Positions 1-10,218 are shown, counted from the first letter of the stretch. The stretch: DNA of 64,000 nucleotides from a virus (IMGVR_UViG_3300031867_000021:1-64000); one strand, 5' to 3'. A program made the numbers and translations. The notes: generated by a model not told the origin, from the sequence alone.

Positions 1-442
1 GAGCGTTGTTAAGCTGGCCAATCAGGATGAGGATGCTATTCAGCCAGTCATCATATGGAGCCGGTGGTACACCACCCTCCACCCCGGTCACGGAGGTATT
101 GACCGTCGTCGGGATAACACTGCTCTTTTTCAGCAGCCCGTTGTCCGGATGGTTCAGCGCCCGGATTTCCGTATAGCCCAGCCCCGTATGCGCGGTATCG
201 GAGTCCGTGACCGTCCATGTCAGGATTTTCGTATCCGCGTCGTAGCTCGTATTCGTCGTCAGCGGAACAACCGCGTTATATGGCATGAAAAGCAGATGGA
301 AGACAGGATTGTCATACCCCATCTCGCTCAGTTCTTCCACCCAGGCCGACATGTCGATATTGATCTGGGTCGCGTTGCTCTCGCCCTGCTGACCGATTGT
401 CAGGTACTGAAGCTTCTCGATTTCGTAATCCACCGAAGCCAT
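1..442 (-). CDS. Tail fibre/baseplate upper (BppU-like) protein, N-terminal part, runs off the window
   Basis: Translated by hand (not in the ORF track): MASVDYEIEKLQYLTIGQQGESNATQINID...PPAPYDDWL; open to the window edge; GxxGExxA motif typical of fibre N-termini. Confidence 0.6.
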   Translation of the reverse strand, partial: MASVDYEIEKLQYLTIGQQGESNATQINIDMSAWVEELSEMGYDNPVFHLLFMPYNAVVPLTTNTSYDADTKILTWTVTDSDTAHTGLGYTEIRALNHPDNGLLKKSSVIPTTVNTSVTGVEGGVPPAPYDDWLNSILILIGQLNNA

Positions 443-443
443 A

Positions 444-701
444 TCATCTCACCCTCTTCCATGCATAGATTCCGACCAGGTCGGTAGTTACCTGTTCCCA
501 TTCGCCAAAGGCAAATGGTTTCACAGGCGTTCCGGTTTCACTCGTCCTCACGCTCAGCGCCACGCTCCCGACAGGGTAGGCGCGCTGCCATCTGATCTGT
601 TCAAGCAGGTCGCGCAGGCTGAACGCGAAGCGCCGCTCCTCCTCGCCCCATCTCGTCGGGATCGTCGGAAAGAGGAGACCGTAGTTATTAGGTTTTCTCA
701 T
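444..701 (-). CDS. Small tail protein with a Gp10-C-like YPVG...GxWE...WxRV motif
   Basis: Motif RAYPVGSV...FGEWEQ...YAWKRV; lies within the tail operon. Confidence 0.5.
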   Translation of the reverse strand: MRKPNNYGLLFPTIPTRWGEEERRFAFSLRDLLEQIRWQRAYPVGSVALSVRTSETGTPVKPFAFGEWEQVTTDLVGIYAWKRVR

Positions 702-710
702 AAGTCCTCC

Positions 711-2315
711 TTAGTCCGGATCGAGTTCCAGATCGATCTTGATCCCGCCCGCGATGGTGTATGGCAGGGCGTCATGGCTCCGGATTTCCATCCGGAAAAT
801 CCTACCGTGCGTATTCAGGTTCGTCCGCAGGAGCTTGTTCGGTTTCACCTTGATGCGTTTCTCTTTGAACTTGCGCTCCGTCCGGATGCCCATCCACAGC
901 TCGACAGGAGCCTCGCACTCGACCATCAGGTACACGGTGAATGCACTTTTGATGGAGCTCTTCACGCCTAAGTCCTGGTATCCGGATACCCACTTCACGG
1001 GCATAACCTTACCCTGGGTGTCATCCAGCTCGAACACCTCACCCGGGAAAGCGGCGCTCGTATAGAACAGCCGCTCATTGATCTGCAGGAAGCTCTTCAC
1101 TGTCATCCCCGTCCGCAGGCTGATCGTCCGGTTCCGGGTGTCATACTGAAGAATCGCGTTGCAGTAGGGGCTGTCGTTGATGGGAAGCGCAAGGCAGTAC
1201 ACCCCGTCCCACATCCCTGCACAAACCAGATCGGTCGGGCTTCCAGTCACCTCTTCCCAGTGCTCCGGAGTCCAGGATTCCCCGGCGATGGAGCCGTCTG
1301 GCTGTGCCTCAGCCAGAATCGGAACAATGCACCTGTAAATCGTTTCCTCGTGAGTGCTCAGATCGCCGTAGCTGTAGGATCGATTCTCGGAATATTCCGG
1401 CGCAATGTACTCCCGGCTGAGCTGCTCCCGCATGAGAATCTGGGTTGGCTCCTGCAGAAAAGGATGTGCCCCGCTTCCGTCGTACCGCATCATGCCGTAT
1501 TCACCCATCATGTAGGCGTACTCGCCTTCAACGGCAATCGTGTTCTCCGCGATGGTGCCGCCACCGTACTGCCGCTGGATCGTAAACTCGCCGGGGTTCG
1601 TACCGGAGATACGCCAGATGGAATTGCGCTTGATCGCCAGCAGTGTATTACCGTACTGCTTCAGGCTCAGGAAGCTGTCTCCGTCCCATGTGGGCTGAAG
1701 GATATCCCCGGCTCCGTCCTCCGGGATCTGCGTATTGGCCGACCAGTCAAACGGATCATACGGTGCGCTGTACACCAGCATGTCCGGCTCGTCGGTGATT
1801 CCGCTGCCCCAGATGCGCTCGTTGTACCGGGCCAGCACTCCGAAGTTTTTAGGCGTCGTCACCCTGCCAACTTCCTGCGTATCGCCGTACAGGCAGAACA
1901 TCCCGTCCGTGGCGTTGGTGAAAAGCAGAACGTCCACTGGCTCGGACAGGGAGGCCCCGGCTCGTGTGTTGACTTCGTAGGTCACCCAGTCGCAGTTATC
2001 GTCGGTCAGCCCGCTGTATCTCTGCACCCAGTCGTCGCCGCCGTCCAGCGTCTTGGTGTAAACCTTGCCCCGGCTGATCGCGACCAGCAGTGTTCCCTCC
2101 GTGCCGTATCTGCGGTGCAGGTAGGCGAGGGTGCCGATCGGGTCATGCAGAGTCTGCTCCAGCTTCCGGCCTTCGCGCATAGGTTTGAAGCTCCCGCCTG
2201 AGATATCGACATTCTCCATCTCCCGGGCGAGCTGCATCGACATGTTGTAGCCATCCCCGGTCTGGTTCAGCCCGCCGAAGCTGTTGATGTTGAAGGAGGT
2301 TTGATACTGCGGCAT
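711..2315 (-). CDS. Podovirus-type tail nozzle/tubular protein B-like (stabilisation protein)
   Basis: 534 aa; N-terminal FGGLN motif; beta-rich; follows the capsid and adaptor genes. Confidence 0.65.
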   Translation of the reverse strand: MPQYQTSFNINSFGGLNQTGDGYNMSMQLAREMENVDISGGSFKPMREGRKLEQTLHDPIGTLAYLHRRYGTEGTLLVAISRGKVYTKTLDGGDDWVQRYSGLTDDNCDWVTYEVNTRAGASLSEPVDVLLFTNATDGMFCLYGDTQEVGRVTTPKNFGVLARYNERIWGSGITDEPDMLVYSAPYDPFDWSANTQIPEDGAGDILQPTWDGDSFLSLKQYGNTLLAIKRNSIWRISGTNPGEFTIQRQYGGGTIAENTIAVEGEYAYMMGEYGMMRYDGSGAHPFLQEPTQILMREQLSREYIAPEYSENRSYSYGDLSTHEETIYRCIVPILAEAQPDGSIAGESWTPEHWEEVTGSPTDLVCAGMWDGVYCLALPINDSPYCNAILQYDTRNRTISLRTGMTVKSFLQINERLFYTSAAFPGEVFELDDTQGKVMPVKWVSGYQDLGVKSSIKSAFTVYLMVECEAPVELWMGIRTERKFKEKRIKVKPNKLLRTNLNTHGRIFRMEIRSHDALPYTIAGGIKIDLELDPD

Positions 2316-2327
2316 ACTTCCACCTCC

Positions 2328-2729
2328 TTATGTCGGGATGTTAATGAAATTCTTGTACTGCTTTATGGTTCCATCCGCATTCAGTCCGGAGAGGCCACCT
2401 TCTCCGTTGATCCGGGAGATCACTTCATCGAAGGCCTGTTTGAAGTATAGCCCGCGCTGCTGCTTCTGAGGGTTCCCGTTTCGATAGACCAGCCAGGTGG
2501 CATAGTCTGCCAGCGCCCGGTGAATCCAGTGCGGCACCGCCGGGATGTCCTCGTCATACACCAGCCTCGGGTAGCCTCCCGTCGGAACGTGGCCCTTCGC
2601 CCAGGCCTTGATGATCTTGTCGTACCCCTCGTTGACATAGTCCTCCACATGCGGGAGGTAGTCCTCCAGGTCGTCCGCGTCATTGTTGGTCTGGAACATG
2701 ACCTGCTCCTTGATCTCTTTGAAGGTCAT
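2328..2729 (-). CDS. Head-tail adaptor (tail tubular A-like)
   Basis: MTFKEIK...YVNEGY...P.VP.W.HRALADYA pattern; position in the operon. Confidence 0.55.
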   Translation of the reverse strand: MTFKEIKEQVMFQTNNDADDLEDYLPHVEDYVNEGYDKIIKAWAKGHVPTGGYPRLVYDEDIPAVPHWIHRALADYATWLVYRNGNPQKQQRGLYFKQAFDEVISRINGEGGLSGLNADGTIKQYKNFINIPT

Positions 2730-2740
2730 AGCCTCTCACC

Positions 2741-2986
2741 TCACAGATTCGGATACCGCTGTTTCAGCATGATGTAGACTTCAGGAGTCACATCCACGTA
2801 CTCGCCCCGCTTGATCCGGGTAAAGTCATCGCCCGTCTCGTTGCTGATACTGACGTGTTCATACTGATCCACAGCGACGCCCGTTGCGTCGTCATTCTCC
2901 CGCTTCGGGATGTAGATCCTCACGCGGGTCTCCTCGACCGGCTTTTCCTTTTTTGGTACAGCAATCGTCTGACTGCTCTTAGGCAT
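2741..2986 (-). CDS. Small virion-associated hypothetical protein
   Basis: AAAGGAG RBS before MPKSSQ; IKRGEYVDV motif is common in genes right after capsids. Confidence 0.5.
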   Translation of the reverse strand: MPKSSQTIAVPKKEKPVEETRVRIYIPKRENDDATGVAVDQYEHVSISNETGDDFTRIKRGEYVDVTPEVYIMLKQRYPNL

Positions 2987-3048
2987 AAATATTCTCCTTT
3001 CTAAGAATTGCCCCGGAAGAAACACTCTTCCGGGTCAATCCGTATAAC

Positions 3049-4278
3049 TTAGGCGCTTACACCGTGTTCAACCCGGACGATGAAGTCATCCTGGATAATC
3101 GCGGCGCAGAAGTGTTTTACCTTCCAGGCGATAGTTCCGCGCTGGTTCAGCGGGTCATCAGAGCCAGAAGAACCAGGGGCCTTCACGATGGTCTGGATGT
3201 TCGGGGTACCTCTGCCGCCCAGCTGCACGATGCCGTAGGCGTCGCGGCCATAGATCAGGGTGGCATGCACTTCGTCACCGCTGGAAGCGCCGCCGCTGGG
3301 GACGACCTTCAGAAAGTTCGTGGTAGTCCAGTCCGTAGTGTCGGCGGGCACCCAGCGGAACGTAACGGTCTTCGCCGCAGCGTCCACGTACTCGATGCAC
3401 ATGGGCGTCACATAGTCGGTGCTGGACTTGGTGTACTGCACGTAGACCAGCTTGCCGGTCAGCTCGCGGGCCTCGTCCTCGCTGATCGTATCAGACACGG
3501 TCATGGTACGGGTCGCAGCGTTGAAGGCGGTCGCAGTCAGAGCTGTCTTGGTGCCATACAGATAGGTCTCGTTGGTGAAGATCTTGCCGTTGTCCACTTC
3601 GAAGAACTTGACCTTATAGATAGTGCCGAGCTCATACTTCTGCACCCGGGCATCGCTCTGATACGTTGCCACATCAATCCAGTGCTGATCCTGCGTCAGA
3701 TCAAAGTAGGTGTCGTGGTCGATCTTCGCGTGGTAGTAGCCGTCAGAGAAGGGCTGAGCGCCCGCCTTCTTCAGCTTGCGAACCACGCGCTTAATTACCG
3801 CATAGTTAATAACGTTCGCACTGGTCAGGGCGGCGCGGCTGGTCACGGAGCCGGGATACATGACGTTCAGTCCGGCGCAGATCTCATCACGCACGATGGT
3901 GTCGATGGACAGCCGGGCCTGATTGTTCAGCCGGTCGGACATGGCTTTGGTCATGTTGTCGATATGGAAAAGATCGAATTCATCCGTGTAGGGGATGTAG
4001 CCGCCGTAGGGCTTGGTCATCACGGAGAACTCGGTTTCCTGCAGCTTCTGGCCGTCAGGAGTCACGCCTTCATACAGGGGCTTCGTGATAGCGGGAAGCT
4101 CGGTGAAGCGGTGGAAATGAACGTGCTTGCCGTTGTGCTCAGGCTGCTCGATCATCTGAGCGTCGGAGGCATAGCCCAGGTTGGGCTGCACGTTCTTCAG
4201 CGCCTGCCTCTGGAAATAGTCCTGCAGGGTAGGGCTTACGCCCTGGTCGTAGGAATAGTTCATGTTGGTAATAGGCAT
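3049..4278 (-). CDS. Major capsid protein, N4-gp56 family
   Basis: Motifs LxEGVTPDG, YELGTIY.V.F.E and GSDDPLNQRGTIAWK; RBS AAGGAG. Confidence 0.9.
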   Translation of the reverse strand: MPITNMNYSYDQGVSPTLQDYFQRQALKNVQPNLGYASDAQMIEQPEHNGKHVHFHRFTELPAITKPLYEGVTPDGQKLQETEFSVMTKPYGGYIPYTDEFDLFHIDNMTKAMSDRLNNQARLSIDTIVRDEICAGLNVMYPGSVTSRAALTSANVINYAVIKRVVRKLKKAGAQPFSDGYYHAKIDHDTYFDLTQDQHWIDVATYQSDARVQKYELGTIYKVKFFEVDNGKIFTNETYLYGTKTALTATAFNAATRTMTVSDTISEDEARELTGKLVYVQYTKSSTDYVTPMCIEYVDAAAKTVTFRWVPADTTDWTTTNFLKVVPSGGASSGDEVHATLIYGRDAYGIVQLGGRGTPNIQTIVKAPGSSGSDDPLNQRGTIAWKVKHFCAAIIQDDFIVRVEHGVSA

Positions 4279-4293
4279 TCGTAGCACACTCCT

Positions 4294-5064
4294 TTATACT
4301 TTGAAGCGCGCTCCTTCCTCCAGCCTCTTGTTCAGTCTTTCAAACTGCTCATCCGTCATGGAAGCGATCGTGGATTTCTCCGCGCCGCTCGCGCCGTTGG
4401 AGGAGCGCATCGGAGAGGGTGCCCTTCTTCCGGCCTTCTTCTCGGTGAGATAGTCAGCCACGTCATAGAAGTCCCACTCTCCGCTGATCACTTTGTTCTT
4501 GGTTTCCTGGTTGGAATTGAACTCAGCCAGCACGTCGATCTTCCGTGTACCCATGATCTTGTCGGCCTGATGCTGCAGCATATCAATCCGGGTCTGGATC
4601 GCGGTGTCGTCGTTCTTCCTGGCAAACTGTCCGTTGTCGTTCCGGGGCTGCTCGGGCTTGGCCGCGGGAGTGCTGGCCTGTCCCTGCCCCTGCCGGTAGC
4701 GCACAAGCTCCTTGGCGGTCTCAAGGTCTTTCACCTTGCCGCTCCGCACAAGCTCCTGCGCGTCCTGCTCCATCATTCTTTCCATCAGCGGAGCCAGCTT
4801 CGCGTCGTACTCGGCGCGGATCCTCTGCTCCGTTTCCCGGATGGCCTTGTCCACCGCCGCCCCGACCCGCTTCTTAATCCATCCGGGTTCACTGTTCCCG
4901 GAGGCTTCTGCCGGATTCGCCGGTTCGCTTTCGGTCTGCTGGGGTGCCTCGTCCATCACGGAGTCCAAAGTTTCCGATGCATCGTGTTCCTCGGTGACAG
5001 GAGCCTCAAGCTGGACGTCGTCTCCAGCAGCCTCTGCCTGAATGTTCTCGACCATTTCTTCCAT
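4294..5064 (-). CDS. Capsid scaffolding protein
   Basis: Acidic coiled coil with RNDNGQFA and MTDEQFERL motifs; directly upstream of the capsid gene. Confidence 0.7.
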   Translation of the reverse strand: MEEMVENIQAEAAGDDVQLEAPVTEEHDASETLDSVMDEAPQQTESEPANPAEASGNSEPGWIKKRVGAAVDKAIRETEQRIRAEYDAKLAPLMERMMEQDAQELVRSGKVKDLETAKELVRYRQGQGQASTPAAKPEQPRNDNGQFARKNDDTAIQTRIDMLQHQADKIMGTRKIDVLAEFNSNQETKNKVISGEWDFYDVADYLTEKKAGRRAPSPMRSSNGASGAEKSTIASMTDEQFERLNKRLEEGARFKV

Positions 5065-5154
5065 GGAAAAAATTCTCCTTTCATCCGGCGCGAAAACGCT
5101 GTCCCGGGTGTATATGCAAAAGCCCTGCGAAAACGCGGGGCCGATTGCCGGTGA

Positions 5155-5370
5155 TTATTTCTTCAAGTCCTGTATTTCGTGCTGAACCTCGCTCATCTGG
5201 CCTTCCAGTATGTAGGTTCTTTCAATCACGCTATTATGCTTGTCAACCTTGCTCTCAAGCTGTTTCAGCCTGTATTCCATCAGCGCCTATGACCGCCGAT
5301 TACTCAGGTAAGTGCCGATCAAAGCACACCCTGCTGTGATCAGGCTCCCTGCGATTGCCGTCCATTCCAT
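5155..5370 (-). pseudogene. Holin/XhlA-like membrane protein interrupted by an in-frame TAG (5287-5289)
   Basis: Hand translation MEWTAIAGSLITAGCALIGTYLSNRRS*ALMEYRLKQLESKVDKHNSVIERTY...; one TM segment plus a coiled coil. Confidence 0.65.
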
Positions 5371-5373
5371 CGG

Positions 5374-6081
5374 TTACACCTCCTTGTTCTTTAAGAATTT
5401 GGTCATGATGTAACCATCAGCGGCGTACCGGACACGTGCCCAGTCGCCCTCGATCTCGAGCACCTCACATTCCTCGCCCTCGCGGAGGACGCCAAGCTTC
5501 GTGCTCTGAACGGTCGCCCCTTTCCGGATGTTCACTGTGCCGTCATTCGGCACGTCCACGTAGGCCTTTCCAGGTTTCAATCCGATCACCTCGTCTCTTT
5601 TGTCGGAGTAGCCGATCCCCCGGATCAGCCCGTAGTGCGACCATTCGGACAGGGAAGAGGAGACGACGCCCGCCTGGGTGCCCTTCGCCTCGACCACCTG
5701 ATTGTTCCCGACGTAGATCCCCACGTGGTAGAAGTCCGTCCCGTTCCGCAGCTTGAACACAAGCGCCCCGGCAGGGACGGAGTTTCCAGGAATCGCGCCC
5801 TTCTCGAACAGCGCGTCCCTCCACTGGGAATTGCTTCCGTGTGCTACGGAGACCCCGCACTTCTTGCACAGGTACTTGACAAGCCCGGAACAGTCAGCCA
5901 CGTAGTGGCCGACCCACTTCCGTCCGTACCTCCGTGCCTGCTCGTACTTTTTGTCGGTCGTCTTGTCCATCTCGTTCTGCATCTCTGCAGTCCATTTGAC
6001 CCCGGCTCGGCCAAAGATATAGCCCCACTTTTTCTGGAGGATCTCCCTGGCCATCTTCGCCAGGTCTTCGCCCATGTACAT
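5374..6081 (-). CDS. Endolysin, NlpC/P60 peptidase plus SH3b
   Basis: DCSGL (catalytic Cys), YHVGIY (His), C-terminal VNIRKG...DWARV SH3b; RBS AAGGAGG. Confidence 0.85.
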   Translation of the reverse strand: MYMGEDLAKMAREILQKKWGYIFGRAGVKWTAEMQNEMDKTTDKKYEQARRYGRKWVGHYVADCSGLVKYLCKKCGVSVAHGSNSQWRDALFEKGAIPGNSVPAGALVFKLRNGTDFYHVGIYVGNNQVVEAKGTQAGVVSSSLSEWSHYGLIRGIGYSDKRDEVIGLKPGKAYVDVPNDGTVNIRKGATVQSTKLGVLREGEECEVLEIEGDWARVRYAADGYIMTKFLKNKEV

Positions 6082-6094
6082 GGTCATCACCTCC

Positions 6095-8008
6095 TTATGT
6101 CGGGAGCGGAGCCCCGGTCTGCACCCCAAGGGTGTTCCTCGCGGCGTCCACCACAGCATTGGCGCTGTCTGGAGACTGGAGCATGCTGGTGGCTCCGACG
6201 GTGCCCGGGCTCTCGCCGGGCGCGGGAGCGCCGCCGCCCCGCTGCCGGTTTCCGACAGTGGCCAGCGTGTTGCTCATCTCAGCGGTCGTCTTCCGCAGGC
6301 TCGCGTTCTCAGCCCGCATCTGTTCCATCTGCTGGCCCATCTGCTCAACCTGCTGCTGGAGCTGCTGCATCTGCTCCTGGTAGTGCTCGTTCGCCTCGAT
6401 GACGGGGAGAATCTTATCCTTGCCGTCAAGGTTCAGAATCCTGAACAGAGCGCTGACGGGGAAGAACTGCTGTGCCTGTGCCGCCATATTGTAGGCTTCG
6501 ACGAACATCTGGTTCTGGTTGGCGATGCGCTGAGGATCCCTGCTGGATACTTCGATCTGCACGGTATAGGGAGGAGGGTTGACCACGCCCTTGCTCTTCT
6601 TCCCGAACAGCTTCTTCGTATCGACCTTGACCGGGAGCTTCCGGCCTGTGATCATGACGACCCTGTCGTCATCATAGAACTGGGCCATCAGCCAGATGAT
6701 CTGCTCGACGATCTGCTTGAACCCGTACTTCAACTGTTCCGTCCGCATGGAAGCAATCTTGCCGCCCGCCTGGATCAGGCTGTTGATGGCCTTGCCGGAG
6801 ACGATGCCGCCCGTGGTCTCGCCACGGGTGAACTGATTCGCGCCGGAGTCGGCTTTCAGGTCGCTCTGAAGCATCGTCATCAGCTGAACAATGGTCGTGC
6901 CGAAGGGCTGGTTCTGTAGCCACTGCAGATTGTCCGGCGTGATGTTGTCGCCCTCGATGATATCGTTCTCCCAGTTGGCCAGCGCTTCCTTATCGATGCC
7001 GGAACCGTTCCGGATCAGCAGCCTTCCCTTGGAGCTCATCCTGGCGTTCATGTCCGCGTAGCTCATGTACCGGTTGATATACCGCATCATGGGGACAAGC
7101 TCATGCACAAGCCCTTCGCCCGCCAGGCTTCCTTCGACGCTGTCGTGAACATCCACAACGAAAGGATACATACCATGTGTATACACATCCTTCTGCTTCT
7201 CAAGCAGCGCCCCGCCAGCGGCGTAGGCGACGTTCACGGTGTATCTCCGGGTGGAAGCGTTGTACTCTCTCCACCAGTATTCAATCATCAGCGCCCGCTT
7301 CTCGTCGCTGACATGCTCGGCATCCTCCTGCCCTGCGGTCATGCCCACGTCGGCGTGGGTACCGTCCTCAGAAGTGACGTACTTGCCTTCTTCCGGATAG
7401 TGATCCCGGAACCAGGATAGCGGTCTCCATCCAACCTTCATGACGGCCCTGCAGTCCTGCAGGTTGTCAGCGGTCGGATCCCAAAGGAAGGCCTCCAGCG
7501 GCCAGCGCACCAGCGCGATCTCGCCCCTGCCATAGTTCGCATCCTGATCCCACGCCACCTGGGTGATCGCCGTGCCCGGGCCGTAGAAGTCCTCACACCT
7601 GCGATAGTGGAGCTGCTCAAAATTATTCGCACAGTACACCACGTAGTGCACCATGTCCTGCAGGTCGTCGGCGGCATCCTGCGCGTCCACGGTCTCCGGC
7701 ATAAGCTTCGCCTCCGGCATGGAGAGCATCTGATCAGCCACGACGTTATTGATCGTGGACTTCAGTGTCTGCATCTGCAGGGTTTTCTTTCCCTTGTTCT
7801 GATTGATGGTTATGGCTGTGTCCTGTTCCGGGTCGTCCATATGCAGGATACGCCGGGACTCCTTCGCCGCGTCGTGGTACGGCCTGTTCATCTCCTCGAA
7901 AATGTCCAGCCGGTCATAGATCGTTTCCAGCAGCTCCTTATCCTCCTCGGACAGGGGCTGTTCCTCCAGATATTCTTCCGTCAGGGCCTCGCGCTCTTTA
8001 TCCGTCAT
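6095..8008 (-). CDS. Portal protein (podovirus/P22-like)
   Basis: 637 aa after terL; YPFV, SGxAI and Q-rich coiled-coil C-terminus typical of podovirus portals. Confidence 0.8.
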   Translation of the reverse strand: MTDKEREALTEEYLEEQPLSEEDKELLETIYDRLDIFEEMNRPYHDAAKESRRILHMDDPEQDTAITINQNKGKKTLQMQTLKSTINNVVADQMLSMPEAKLMPETVDAQDAADDLQDMVHYVVYCANNFEQLHYRRCEDFYGPGTAITQVAWDQDANYGRGEIALVRWPLEAFLWDPTADNLQDCRAVMKVGWRPLSWFRDHYPEEGKYVTSEDGTHADVGMTAGQEDAEHVSDEKRALMIEYWWREYNASTRRYTVNVAYAAGGALLEKQKDVYTHGMYPFVVDVHDSVEGSLAGEGLVHELVPMMRYINRYMSYADMNARMSSKGRLLIRNGSGIDKEALANWENDIIEGDNITPDNLQWLQNQPFGTTIVQLMTMLQSDLKADSGANQFTRGETTGGIVSGKAINSLIQAGGKIASMRTEQLKYGFKQIVEQIIWLMAQFYDDDRVVMITGRKLPVKVDTKKLFGKKSKGVVNPPPYTVQIEVSSRDPQRIANQNQMFVEAYNMAAQAQQFFPVSALFRILNLDGKDKILPVIEANEHYQEQMQQLQQQVEQMGQQMEQMRAENASLRKTTAEMSNTLATVGNRQRGGGAPAPGESPGTVGATSMLQSPDSANAVVDAARNTLGVQTGAPLPT

Positions 8009-8270
8009 GCCTGCTCACCTCTTTCCCCTCACACTTCCAGCCAAACGTCGGGCCAAGCGGATGCTTGTCCGTGTGAAGAATGAACTGCAGGGTATCTATG
8101 TTCAGCTCCACCTCAGTGCCAGTGCTCTGAATCTGCTTTACAAGAACCGGGAAAACCTGAGCCACATCTGAAAGCAGCTCCTGATCGTTCTTTGTGTTCA
8201 GCACAACATAGGCCCCATACAGAGAAGTCTCTGGAAAAGGCCGAGCACGGAGGCAGAAATCCGTCGACAT
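7998..8270 (-). CDS. Hypothetical protein
   Basis: RBS GGAGG; overlaps the portal start. Confidence 0.45.
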   Translation of the reverse strand: MSTDFCLRARPFPETSLYGAYVVLNTKNDQELLSDVAQVFPVLVKQIQSTGTEVELNIDTLQFILHTDKHPLGPTFGWKCEGKEVSRHDG

Positions 8271-8362
8271 AAAGGGATTCCTCCTTTTTCTTTTATTTTT
8301 TTATATGCACGCACAAACAGAGGGGGAGCTTGTTCAGCATCACCGTGCTCGGTCTTGCTTTC

Positions 8363-9772
8363 TCAATCTATATCAAACGGGCTGAACGGCTTATACACCT
8401 GCGGCGGCTTCTTCGTCGGCGTCAGCGGGTGCGCCATGAGCACGTATCTTGTCTCGTCGTAGATATGATCCTCAGCGTCCGTGTCGATATCCTCCGGTTT
8501 CGTCTCGCTGTAGGGGAGCGTGGAGACCGTCCGGATGAAATCCTTGCAGGTCGAGAACACCTGCAGCTTTGGCCGCCCGTGCTCATCGAACCTCAGCCGC
8601 TCATGCATCTGCATCTTGCCTGCGATCCGGGCGTTATCGCCCTTGTCAAACACCACGCCCTGCCGCCGCCCGTAGAACCCGGGAGCCATCTGATCCGCGA
8701 CGGAGTCGCCCCGGCTCTTGTCGAAGATGGCCGGGTCAGCCACCCGGAGAACCTTGATGTTGTCCCTGATCTCCGGAGCCTCCCGCTCCAGGATGCCCTC
8801 AGCGATCTGCGCGGGCGTCAGCTCGATGCCGACGTTCGCCTGCCGGGGTTTGCACCCGTACCATTCCTTGTACCGGTACAGGCAGCCGTCAGGGCCCATG
8901 GCGAACCACCCGCAGGAGAAGGGCTTCGAGTACCCATGGTCGAACCCAAAGTACCGCGGCCAGTCCGCAGGAATATCGAAGGGCTCGATCACGTGCGTCC
9001 ACAGCCGGTCTTTGTAGTGCGCCGGATCATCCTTCCACTCCTTGAACACCTGTCCCTCGAAGGAATCCCAGTCGCCGTTTAGCAGCGCCCGCCTGAGCGC
9101 TTCCGGCTTCTGCTCCAGCTCGAAGATGTAGTCGTCCGTGATGTACGGGTTCTCTGTCGCCAGGGAGGGGATGTACTGGGTCTTAATCTTCTTCGTCTTG
9201 TGCAGGGTCTCGGAATAGACCTCCTGTGTCCGTATCTCCATGTATGGCCCTGCGTCCACGAACAGCTTCTTCACCCATCCGTGCCCGATGTTTCCGGGGT
9301 TGCTCGCGCTCTTCACAATCGGGACGCACCCCAGACTGCGCTTTGCGCGGAGACGGGTCTTCAGGAAATCGTAGACCACCTGCTCGAAGGTCGTGAGCTC
9401 ATCAAAATACATGTGCTGCGCTTCAAGTCCCGAATATCTAAAACGGTCAGCGGCGTTCTCACAGTGACGGAAGAGAATTTTGCTGCCGTTGACCAGTCTG
9501 TATTCATGCCTCCCGGCATTGTACGTGGCAATGCTTTCCGGATAGCTCGACTGAGCTTCCTTGATATCCGTATCCTCCAGCTCCTGATAGGTTCGCCGGA
9601 AAATGACCGCTACCGTGTTCGGCCACTTCAGGCACCTGAACAGCGCATCCATGATCAGGGCCTTGGTCTTGCCGCCTCCCGCGGCCCCGCCATAGAGGAT
9701 CTCGTTCGCCGGGGAAGCGTGAAACATAGCCTGCTTTTTTGTAGGCTGATAATTGATCACGCAGGTTGGCAT
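8363..9772 (-). CDS. terL: Terminase large subunit
   Basis: Walker A GGAAGGGKT, Walker B YFDELT, ASNPG motif, nuclease residues FDHGY and EDHIYDETRY. Confidence 0.95.
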   Translation of the reverse strand: MPTCVINYQPTKKQAMFHASPANEILYGGAAGGGKTKALIMDALFRCLKWPNTVAVIFRRTYQELEDTDIKEAQSSYPESIATYNAGRHEYRLVNGSKILFRHCENAADRFRYSGLEAQHMYFDELTTFEQVVYDFLKTRLRAKRSLGCVPIVKSASNPGNIGHGWVKKLFVDAGPYMEIRTQEVYSETLHKTKKIKTQYIPSLATENPYITDDYIFELEQKPEALRRALLNGDWDSFEGQVFKEWKDDPAHYKDRLWTHVIEPFDIPADWPRYFGFDHGYSKPFSCGWFAMGPDGCLYRYKEWYGCKPRQANVGIELTPAQIAEGILEREAPEIRDNIKVLRVADPAIFDKSRGDSVADQMAPGFYGRRQGVVFDKGDNARIAGKMQMHERLRFDEHGRPKLQVFSTCKDFIRTVSTLPYSETKPEDIDTDAEDHIYDETRYVLMAHPLTPTKKPPQVYKPFSPFDID

Positions 9773-10182
9773 GGTGTACTCCCGTCAAACCCCGGGGAAT
9801 GGTATAACGCCCGGAGCACGTTATAAATTTTTTTCTTTAGGAGGGGTCTGTCGTGGTATCGGGGTGCTGAGGTTATATACGGCCCGCTTACCAGAGCGCG
9901 GAGTCCCTGGCACGATTCAGCCCCCCGGGGTCTGATCGGGGTACCCCCACCCCCACCTTGGCGGGGGGAGGGGGGTGGCTTTACCTATATTTTCCGGCTG
10001 GGGCTGGTGGCTGGGGCCGGGCTTTGGCCTCTCGCTACTGCATAACCAGACCAATCAGCAATGCATAAAGCTGTGAATACTCATAGCTTTATGCTGCATA
10101 AATGCCTGAAAATAACATGGCAAGTAATATCTGGTCAGAAACAAATACCAGAATAAACAGAAACAGGCGAAAATACCTGTTT

Positions 10183-10218
10183 CAACTATTCGTAAAACTA
10201 TGCTTTTACGAATAGTTG
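10183..10218. repeat. Perfect 15-bp inverted repeat with a 6-bp spacer
   Basis: CAACTATTCGTAAAA-ctatgc-TTTTACGAATAGTTG. Confidence 0.9.

Noticed and set aside
5090-5136. GCGAAAACGC direct repeat upstream of the scaffold gene
   Set aside because: Possibly a late regulatory site, but two 10-mers are too little evidence to call
3064-9826. Long plus-strand ORFs (e.g. 3064..4284, 1260..2201, 13953..15122, 59954..60868)
   Set aside because: Antisense shadows of GC-rich minus-strand genes; no RBS or recognisable motifs
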